A DNA stretch of 64,000 nt, taken from contig CM097888.1 of NCBI GenBank assembly GCA_044892525.1, positions 7,440,001-7,504,000 on the forward strand, given 5' to 3'. This document shows positions 27,336 through 37,361 of the stretch, piece by piece (position 1 is the first letter of the stretch; each line of letters opens with the position of its first letter). The notes under the pieces are model-generated. The model did no database searches and had not been told where the DNA came from. It saw only the letters and a program-made list of their open reading frames with translations. The translations under genes were made by a program, and so were the position numbers. The DNA is from Schmidtea polychroa. Its lineage: Eukaryota.

Positions 27336-27584
27336 TCATTGTTGAAACACATCTATTGCCTTTAAATTATCCAATATTTCTACTGGCACCTTTTCACATT
27401 TGGCGACACCAGTTACTGTTTCAATATCCATTTGTCCTCGGATACGATTAATACCGCCCTAGAATGTCTTTGAACAGTATAAGCATTGCACTTCAAAGTT
27501 ATTTTTTTTCTCCACAAGAACAGTAACATGATCCCACTCTTTTCCTTTCATACGGGTTTTTCTATTTTCTGGAAATAACGGCAT
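27336..27584 (-). mobile_element. BED zinc-finger fragment of a hAT-type transposase
   Basis: EWDHVTV...VQCLYCSKTF*GGINRIRG...GVAKCEKVP resembles the W...C-x2-C...GGI.R...C.KVP BED finger; one in-frame stop. Confidence 0.65.
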
Positions 27585-27854
27585 ATTTAAAATTAGAAAT
27601 ACGAGAAATAAATTACAATCAGTAGTTAGGAAAAGTTTGTCTGTTTAAGTAAATTGTATAGTATAAATTTAACAAAAATTATGACTTTTGTCAAAGAAAT
27701 TTAACAAAAATGGTAAATGAAAATAATTGTCAACTCAACCACTTTAAAATAATAAAAGAACCACGTGGAAATGAATAATGAAAGTAAATAAAATAATTTA
27801 AATATTTTAAAATTATAACGAAAGACATAAAACCCAAATATAGAACGGTTCGAT

Positions 27855-28610
27855 TCACATGAGGCCCGACTAACGAAAAATAGAGGACCCGTGAGGGTAG
27901 AAAACCGGGTTGACTGTCAAGTCGACCAGGCGGAGGACACCCCGCGTATGATCCCGCTAGAGCTTTCTATTGAGTGGTAGGTAAAGATTAAAATTTTTCA
28001 GAGCGCTTAATTGTGTTAAATAGTTAATTGTACAGATAGGAAAAAAAGTCTCGGGAAGAATAAGGGTAGATAGAATAGTAAATTTGAGAAGTAAACCTAA
28101 TGTGTCAGAATGAAGATAGGCTTAAACCACACATTATAGACCAAAATAATAATACAAGCCTAACTTACGACAAATTTCATCGAAGAGAGATAAGAATCAT
28201 CGCGCGAAAACCCGTCTATTGCGCCAACAACGGGTTAAAACCGAATTGGCCACTCTGGCTCCTCCACCAACCACACAAGTTATCATACAGACCTTCACTG
28301 TACGTAGTCGTCGATCCAGGAGTTGGTTGATATTCCATGATGTAAGGCATTCTAACGGCAGTCCTGATTGTTGAGGAGTGTATGAGTCAAGTAGTCGGAT
28401 TAAGTCAGCTCACCTTTGCTCATGCATTCTGCCGCTATATACAATACCCACGCGGGTTGGTTGCTTTAAATAATCTTGTTAGGCGTTCTAGGCTTTTCCA
28501 CCAGGATCGAATACTTCACCCTTAGCGAAGACTCTATAGGAGAGCCTAGGTTTAATCAAATCGAGTCAGCACAACTAGTTAACAGCCATCACAACTAGTT
28601 AACACCCAAT
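27855..28610 (+). mobile_element. Fragment of the LTR-like ORF/RNA-motif family (copy E7)
   Basis: Contains CGGCAGTCC...AGTAGT...GCTCACCT and CACCCTTAG, shared with 36686-36900 and 1523-1585, and GGACCCGTGAGG, the reverse complement of part of the 33318-33452 motif. Confidence 0.55.
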
Positions 28611-28984
28611 TAACATAACACTAAATTATTAATAACCAACCAACTAAATTATTGATAAAATGATAAATTATTTTAAAATTTTCTATTACAATAAATAAAT
28701 CGAATTTCAATTCATTTTATTTTCAAGTATACACCTATCTTTAGTTTTACACGGTAGATACGTTCTGACAAAACCTTGTAAATCATTTTTATATGGGAAA
28801 ACCGTGTAAAACTACAACGACTATAAATAAGTTTTATAGATATTTATTGACCACAAAATATGACTAATACACTAAAACATCATTTAAATCATAGAAAAAA
28901 TAAAAATAGTTAAATTTATTTTTAAAAAAAACAAAAAACATATTTCATAAACAAATATCAATTCATCATTAGATTCTTATTCTA

Positions 28985-29240
28985 CAGTTGCTATATTAAT
29001 TTTAGTCTTAGCTTGCTGAGACTTTTCAGGAAAAAGTCTCTAATAAGCATTTAAAAAATTATTAACATCTCGTTGAAATTTGAGAGCTCGTTCATCATTC
29101 GGATCATGTTTTTTTCAAAATATTTTCATAATTTTCCTGCAACGACTTTTCCTTTGAATGCACTGGGTTCATAGTCTTCAAGTCAGATTCAATATTATTT
29201 TTGTTTTCACTAATATGTTTGACAATTTCAATTAAGTCAT
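28985..29240 (-). mobile_element. pogo/Tigger-like transposase C-terminal relic
   Basis: DPNDERALKFQRDVNNFLNAY*RLF resembles the Tigger C-terminal DP..ER..KF.......Y pattern; heavily decayed. Confidence 0.4.
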
Positions 29241-31549
29241 CTTCGTGTAATATGCAAATCTAAATTAAAATCAACCAGTTTTTGAATAAACGTTTTAAAC
29301 TGGTTAATTAATTTTTCAGGACTTAAAATAAATTAATTTGTTAGATTTAGAGTACATTTGATAGTACTTTGAATAAATTTTCAGATCATTAAAACGCACA
29401 TTAAATTAATTAAATAATGTTGTTATTTTTGAAATAAAATTGTCGTATAAAATAATCTTTACACAATAAACACTTAAAAATTACTTATAAGCAAACCTCA
29501 CATGTATATTCAATTTGATTGACTGATTGCTCAAATTATTCAGAAAATTCAGTATAAATTCATTTACAAATTATCAAAGTTAACCATTTACCTTAGAAAT
29601 ATCTAAATAATTATCATTAAATTCCAAAGGCGACTGATATAAGCCCTTCTAATGATTGCATTAAATCATTGAATAAACCATTAAATTCATTCAAATGACA
29701 ATATTCTACCATTTTTTATATCCAAGCGAATTCCTCATTAAAATCATCTTAAAAGCATCAAATTTCCCTAAAATATCTATCCATCTTTAAAGATTGGTAC
29801 TTTATCGATAAATATCTGTAAAAGATCATATATTCCCCTAATAATATTAAACAAATAAGATTCATTAAAATCCCTTTAAATCACTATATCTCACTATTTT
29901 ATTTATTATCTAATAATCACAAATTTTTCACTATAAAACATCTAAAATCAAGTAAATTAAATTGGTCATTATTCCTAAATAATTTATAAAATCTATTGAT
30001 AAAATCAGTTATAATGAAAAATAATTAAATGTTTGTTCTAAAGGTAAATCACTCCTCGAAATTTAAAATAAAATGACTTTATATTACTGGACAATTCCCT
30101 TTTAAATGACTAGATCCCCTTGGAAGATTATAAATTCTTATTATCCATCCGATAAAATCTCTATATTCCTTCAAATGACCATATTTCAAATTTTACTGAT
30201 ATTCAACCGATTTAATTTCTAGAAATCTAATTAAAATCACATTATAAATCAAAATTTTTCTACTACAACGATCAATTTTCTTTAGTTGTTGTCGATGTCC
30301 AACATTCAGCTTTTAAGTCAATATTTCTCAACTTTTGTCATTGTCTACCTATAACATCTTAAATAAAGATAAAATAATTTAAAGTATCGATTAATATCAA
30401 TTCCAATTGTATCTAAAGATCTCAAATATTAATAATCCTAAACCACTGTTTCGGCCGATTGTGCCTTTTCATATTTTATTTTGATCGTGTCTGTGCACCT
30501 GCCTTTTGGAATTATTGGAATTTCAAATTTTTGAGTTAAATTTTTAATTCCTATTAATTAAATTGTCTCTTGGAAATTCATAACTGTGTTCCAAATCAAC
30601 CGTCATTATAATTTATTAAGATTATACAAAATTTATTTTAAATTAAAACTTTTCAACAGGTGATGAATTTAGAAATTATGGAATGAATTGTAATATTCCA
30701 AGAGAAATTTTTTTCATGATTGATTGATCCTAATCTTAATCGTTTACTCAAAAAACTCTGACTCATTCTTTATCTTCATTTATTTCCCTCTATTTTCAGA
30801 TATAAAATATTAATAATAATTTTATTTTTTCCTTGTATAATTATTTGAAAGGTTTATATTCAAATTTTGTTATCTTTCTACAATACTTACACCATATTAT
30901 TCTTCTAAACCAGACAATTATTGGCATAATTTTTCTATGTAATTTTCCTAATTTTGGTGTTCAAATTGTTCGCTTAAATGTTACTTCGCTTACAAATTTC
31001 TAGTCTATAGATTTTTCATTATTTTCCCATCTTCTAACCATTTCATATGGTAGGGTGAAAACATTTATATTAGACAATGAGTCCTATATGTTGAAACTTT
31101 ATCCTGAATAATTCCAGTAATCGATGCACTACCGTTGCAAAGAATTTACCACATCGGTTAGCAATGTAACCCACTACCGATTGCTGATCTTATTTTTGAA
31201 AGTCTTTCCAAATTGTTGAGCTGCATAATGATGTCGGTTTTCAGTCCCATTACTGACCGGCCATTTTTTCACAATTTTCAAAGTTTTCGTGTCCTTATAT
31301 AGCGACAAAGTAAAATTTAAAAGAAATAAAGTTTAAATAAATAATATTCATAAAAAATAATAATTATTATTAATGATAATATATATTATATAATAATAAT
31401 AATATATAATTAATAATTATGGTCAATCCTGAGTTGCATTTTGGATTGAATTTTTTGAATGTTGTTGGCTTGGTAAATTGATTGTGAATTGATTTGTTTT
31501 TTATGGTTATGTAATTTGATAGAAGAATACATTTACTGTAACGTAATTT

Positions 31550-32404
31550 ATGGAAGAATCCAACTTTGCTGAAGATTGTTTCGCGAATAATACCTTTGTC
31601 GATAGAATCTATTTAAATGACTAGTTATTGAAATTGTTGAACGAATGGGTCAAACGATTTGTATATTCTAGTAATCCTAAGTTAATTCGAGAAGAAGTTT
31701 ATAAAGTATTTAACGGAAATTATGATATTTCTCAAAGCATCAGTAAAGATGAATTTCAGCAAATGATATGTACTAAAATTCATTGCACTAAAAGGATTAA
31801 AAATAAAGAGATTTCAAGTTGTTTATTCAATTCAATATTGCAGAGTTTGATCCATCAAATAGAAAACATATATGGTCTTGCCAGTAATCTTCACATAGAA
31901 GGTGCGACAGATGAATTAAAATCATCACCAGTGCGTCGAATGTTATGTTTAATTATTTTAATCGACTTAGTGATATGTGTTCTTCTTTGGATAATATATC
32001 TGCAGCAACATCCACCTCTTATTGACAATTTGAAAAAAGAAGTTCTCAATTATACTTTTAACAATTCATTATTCGATATGACCGTTTTATCCGGTTGTAG
32101 GTTTTTGTATTTATAAATCGCTTATGGTTGTGTTAAATCACAATTTCCTTGGTATATTTCTGTATCTACATTAATTACCAGTGTGTTGTCCATTATTAAA
32201 CTGGTTCTTAATATGATTAATGATCGTGTTGTATATAAATATTTAATGATAATTCTTTCATTTATAATGGAAACAATATTTTTAATTTACCGTGTCTTGC
32301 CAAAAGAAAAAGCAGCTGAAAGGGCCATGGAATACTATATATTTGTTTCTCAGCAACAATTAAGTTTATTATATAATATCTCGTTATATATTTCGATCTT
32401 TTGA
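31550..32404 (+). pseudogene. STARD3: MENTAL-domain protein (STARD3/STARD3NL-like), intronless, two in-frame stops
   Basis: SPVRRMLCLIILIDLVICVLLWII...LKKEVLNYTFNNSLFDMTVLSGCRF...WYISVSTLITS...YRVLPKE matches the MENTAL domain. One frame throughout, with TAG at 31622 and TAA at 32114; no START domain seen. Confidence 0.8.
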
Positions 32405-35147
32405 CAGTCTTCTTCATGCTAGAAATTGTATTAATAATAATGTTGGGCTGAATCGAAAACGTAAATTTAGAAAATAAGGAAAATAGGGCAAATAAGATAG
32501 TAAAGAAAATAAGAATAAAATAAACAATTTAAGAATAAAACAGAATAAGAAATAAGAAAAACAATAATTAAAAAATAAGAATTAAAACAAAATAATAAAA
32601 CAAGAAAATTAAAAATAAGAAATAAATTAACAGCCAAAATAATGTAAAATATAATAAGTATTGAAGAAATTAAAAGAATAAATAAAAAATATAATAGAAA
32701 TAAGAAAAGCAAGAAGATATAATCAAAAAACAGGAAAAAGAAATTAAATTAACTAAAATAAGCGGTACTCAATTTTGATTGGTCCGCATAAACGCCAAAT
32801 TACTATATAAGGAAATGTAAAACTCACTTAAGTTAATGTTAATTTCAACCTACTATAGGTAAGCCGAATTCAAAAATTATGAATGTTAATTTCAACCTAC
32901 TATAGGAAATGCACTAGTGGACAACAACAACTTACCGGAGAACAAAACCGACTACAGCGTACTCATCAACAAGCACACGGGACGACTAATTCCGAATTAG
33001 ACAATTCATTTAACGGACTCAGCGAGATTTTTCGATTCAGCCTAAACAATTCGATACCATAGTAAGGAGTATTTCATTTGTTCATTTACTTATTCTTTTC
33101 AAAAGTTAAAAGTAATGTTAAATATTAGAAATTAAACAACTTAGTTTAACTCTCTTCATTTGGTTCCCTTTAAAGTTTCAACCATGATAATGATTTAACA
33201 TGTAAATGTAATGGAGAACAATAAATGATTTCATTTTCAGCAATTTTTATGATTTACTTTATGAGTTCAGAATTTTATGAGTTAGTATGATATATATTAA
33301 ACTTCGATGCGAGTAACGTGGAGTTGAGGAACTTCATGTCATGGTGTGAGGTGCCTTCGGGAGCTCCGCCGGTGGACATGAGGTTTTTCAATCACGCAGC
33401 TTGATTGGGCCGAAATGTGGGGGTTTCCTCACGGGTCCAATCGCTGAAGATTGACTTAAAATTTGATTTGAATGATGAAAAGTGGTTTATAGTAGTGGTT
33501 CTAAGTCTATAATGAACACAAATTCTAAAGTGATTGAGGTGAAAGCCATATCTACCACGATCTTATATCGCCAATTACTTTCGCGAGGAACCGTACGATC
33601 CTGAGTCTAAACCTTCAATAGTATAGTCGTAATCCGTTTGAGTTTTGGCTCTAACATCTTACCAAATTCTTCATTCATATTCGTTTGTTCACTAATAAGA
33701 CGGGTTCGAGGTTTTCAGATTCATCTTATGACATTTAAAAATTATAACACGTAAATGACATTTATCAAAAATAGAGTAAAAACGTAAAATCCATAATGGT
33801 AATAGATTTTATTCAATACATTGTAAAACAAATGAATACTTATAGTATAGTTCTCCTATTACGAACTGTTCGAAATTTCCGCACCTGAATCAAGAATGAT
33901 AGGTATCGTCTAGACGAGACAAGTAGACCCTCCGTCGCGTAAAATATCCTATGTTAAGGAAAAATCCGAGCATCAGTAATAAACTCCAATTTTCTTCTAA
34001 GCTACTTGAGGATCCATAGACGAGAATAGAATGCTAATAGGTTTGTCTAGGCAACGCGATCAATTTTTATCAATAAAATGCTAAGGCAATTTGAATCGTA
34101 AAGGTCAAAATTCCAATGTTGCAAACAGTCGAAAGTAACCGATGACTATAGAACATTGAAAGATTTGTGTTCACCACGAGATAGTGATAAAACTCCAGTT
34201 GATTACTGTTGCACGCGACGGTGAGAAAAAATCCAATGTGATGAATGTGAATAATCACAAGGTGGCTGAGAAATACACACGATGGTGAATAAGAATGACA
34301 CAGTGAATGCATGGCTAACCACAGTAATCCGTATTCCACATGACGTATCTGGCATAGATTCTAACATCATGACTGATAACGAAGGGACATCGATTAACCG
34401 TCATAGTAGCTCCATGAGTAGCAGATGATGGCTCTCTTAGATTGTGTGTTGCAATGCGATCAACGAAAGATAACCGCATGCAGTAAAATTACATAAGCCA
34501 CTCATTAAGAAATTTTGAATGAATTAATTTAAATGATAACAGAATGGCTAAATTAATAATTATAGACAATTATGATTTGAATTAAATGATTTAAAGGGTA
34601 ACAGAATTACTAAGTGAATAATTGTAGACAAGTATAATTAAATAATTTAGACGATAACGGACTTGCTAAATTAATTAGGGATAATCAGGACATGCTAACC
34701 AACGATGGAAAACTTAAACCAAGCGCTAATAATAGAATCGGGATTTTTAAGCCTGAGCGTTACAAATGGTCCTGAACCTTGTTCTATTAAATATCATAGA
34801 TAACAATTGCGATCTTAACTCTAATATCATAGCTAACCTTAGAGAAATATTGACTGAATAAGCTACTAACCATCAGAATCGTTAACGGAATTTTATAACG
34901 AATCATTTTCTTAAAATCTTATAAATATCGGAAATAGAAATTCAAGATATTCTCGATAAGAATTAAAAATATTGTTTAACTAATAATTGGTGTCAGTCTA
35001 ATTGATAATTAAGCACATTTTAATAATGAAAAACTTAGTTTACCTAATCAAAGGTATTTTTAAACTGTACTCAAAGGTAGCGAACGATATTCAGGTATGT
35101 TTCGGGAACGATTAATTTGGGGTAATATGCGGTACTGTATATTAAGG

Positions 35148-35342
35148 CAGTGGTTCTCAAACTTTTTTGATCACGACCCAAATTTTTGACATTTAATGCC
35201 AAAAATTTTATTGCGACCCACATGACAAAGATTAAATAAATTTAAAAGGCTTAAACTTCCAAAATTTATATTTGTAGATCTTTCCATAAGTCATCGCGAC
35301 CCACCAAAAATTCTTTCGCGACCCATAGTTTGAGAAACACTG
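35148..35342. mobile_element. hAT (Charlie-like) MITE, 195 bp, nested in E2
   Basis: TIR CAGTGGTTCTCAAACT (15/16 match), perfect 8-bp TSD TATTAAGG. Confidence 0.93.
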
Positions 35343-35655
35343 TATTAAGGGGTCGGTAGTAATAGCTGGTTTGGAAAACTTTAGAGAAATTTAGGTAGCA
35401 ATCAATCAATTAATTCAGGATATTGAGTATGTATCCGTCAATACCATGATATATGTATAGTAAGACCAGTAATTTTTCTGGCAAATGATTATTTTACTAA
35501 TACCTTAATCCAGGGGAAGGTCTTTTCTTTTCTCTCATCTATTCCAAACGAGTTATCATCGAATGTCCGATAGTAACCCACCCCACACTCTAACAACGAT
35601 TTCGTGAATATAATATATTGTAGTAATCATGGTTCCTTCTGTTTAGCTATTCAAA

Positions 35656-36405
35656 ATGTTGCCATCGACTAAACCCACTTTGTGTCCTTGCTTCTCTTGC
35701 TCGGACAAAAATACAATTATCAAAGATCTGCAAGCCCAGATCGGGCGGTATAAAAAGAAGATAGATGAGTTGGAGGGCACTTGGTTTAGCCCCACTCAGA
35801 TGAAAGAAACACGGAAAAAACTGTATCGCAGCGAGCACTGTCGGGACGCTCTAATCTCTGAGAGCCGTGCCCAAAGAAGTTTGATCAAAGAGCAGTCCGA
35901 AGCGCTGCATAAAGTCTATCTCCAGGCAGCCACCACACGAAAGATTGTCCAAATTCCCATTAAAGAAGCCGACAACCTTTTTCCGCCCCATCACGATGTT
36001 TCTTCAAAATCGTCACCTCCCGTCAAGAGACCTTGTCCGGAGTGTGTCGAAACGGAACTTTCTCCCAAACGGTCAAACGTCATATTTATAGGTTCTAGCA
36101 AGGCGCCGACCGTTAGTTCATCAACATCAAGCATGTCTCAGCAAGTCTCAACTGCCGGAAAACCTAAACGCAAACAGCTATCGTGTGCAGAGCGTAAGAA
36201 AAGGCAACGTGAGCGAACATCTGCTAAGCCGAGTAAAACTCCAACGGACAACCCAGTCAGCAATAATACTCATCCTACAGTCGTAGATTTGACAGTCGTG
36301 GTCCCAGGGCGAATCATCTCCGCCGCTGGTGTGACCTGGGAGGAGAATGCCTCCGAATTCTTCGGCTTGGAAGAGCTCTTAGCAGTCACCGAATGGGAAA
36401 AATGA
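35656..36405 (+). CDS. 249-aa element-encoded protein of unknown function (Cys cluster, coiled coil, basic NLS-like segment, SIM-like VVDLT, acidic/aromatic tail)
   Basis: Intact ATG-to-TGA ORF, GC-richer than its surroundings; decayed homologues at 21175, 37727-38110 and about 57055; splice-acceptor-like TTCCTTCTGTTTAG 9 nt upstream. Confidence 0.75.
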   Translation: MLPSTKPTLCPCFSCSDKNTIIKDLQAQIGRYKKKIDELEGTWFSPTQMKETRKKLYRSEHCRDALISESRAQRSLIKEQSEALHKVYLQAATTRKIVQIPIKEADNLFPPHHDVSSKSSPPVKRPCPECVETELSPKRSNVIFIGSSKAPTVSSSTSSMSQQVSTAGKPKRKQLSCAERKKRQRERTSAKPSKTPTDNPVSNNTHPTVVDLTVVVPGRIISAAGVTWEENASEFFGLEELLAVTEWEK

Positions 36406-37361
36406 GGTCCCACAGTGAGATATTCGACAGATCTTATGAACTACAATCCATGTGTGTCTCCTCCTTCCTTATGTAAATACATTTGTAGTATGTAGTCTTC
36501 TGAGCAATTGTTGGGATAATACATTTTTATTTTTCCCTTTTGTTATGATGTCTTCTTTGTAAGGAATTAGTAACGATATTTAAATATATGAAAGTTTGCT
36601 CACTCTGGGAGAGTATCCGTCAATTTGCATTCGGCGTAATACCCAGCGGAGGGTCTGATAGCGTTGTTAGACGTAAGTCCTTCCATCGGCAGTCCGGTGT
36701 GGAAAGTCGAGGCCTCAGCAAGGAGTAGTTTTAAGGCAGAAGCTCACCTGCTTGCTGGCGTCTCGCCTGCATAGTGCAGTACCAACGTGAAGTAATTCAC
36801 GGGCACTATGTTGGAGTGCAAATTATGTGGGGTTCCTCTCCGAGTTGAACAGGTGAAGACGAATTCCATGCGAGATGGACAATCAACCCTTAGGCCAGCC
36901 ACTAATGTAGAGCAGTCAACCGAGTGGTACCCCAACAATAACTAAATGAAAATAAAGAATATTTAAACAAATTGACCAATAATAATCGTAATCAAATTGT
37001 ATCAAACATAAATATAAAATTTTATTTGGATATTTTAACAAACATTAACATTATTTCAGACTGTAGACTAGGCACTTTAAATATTAATTATAGGATTTAA
37101 AGATCTAATCAGCAACGCTTCATAAGTTACTCGTTCCCATTAATTACTCAAATCTTTCGCCATAATCCTAAAATCTCTGATTTCTCAGTTTCATAAAAAG
37201 CTAAATATTTATTGTCTTTAGTTTAAATTTGATTGATAGTTATCAAATCTAATACCATTCCAAGAGTTTCTACTAATAAATGAATGGGTTGTTTGTTTTA
37301 ACTCAGATTGTAAGCTTATGCAAATATTGATAATGAGTTATTGAATATTAAGGGAAACAAT

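Larger units (their letters stand above)
32441..36937 (+). mobile_element. Full-length 4.5-kb TG...CA element (copy E2) with one ORF and no pol or transposase
   Basis: TGTTGGG/CCCAACA termini, 4-bp TSD ATAA, ATTGG at 32778 and TATATAA at 32804, leader motif 33318-33452, ORF 35656-36405, 3' structured motif 36770-36810. Confidence 0.7.

Noticed and set aside
33400-33452. Type II hammerhead in the leader motif (GAAA...CTGAAGA)
   Set aside because: No NUH triplet after stem III, no stem II partner after CUGAAGA, and the paralogue has CCGGAAGA.
36509-36937. Independent 429-bp solo LTR (internal TGTTGGG at 36509), or an element spanning 36509-39340 with CAAT flanks
   Set aside because: 36509-36937 has no TSD (CAAT/ATAA), and homology with the 14465 copy fixes E4's end at 37362. 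The alternative parse cannot be fully excluded.
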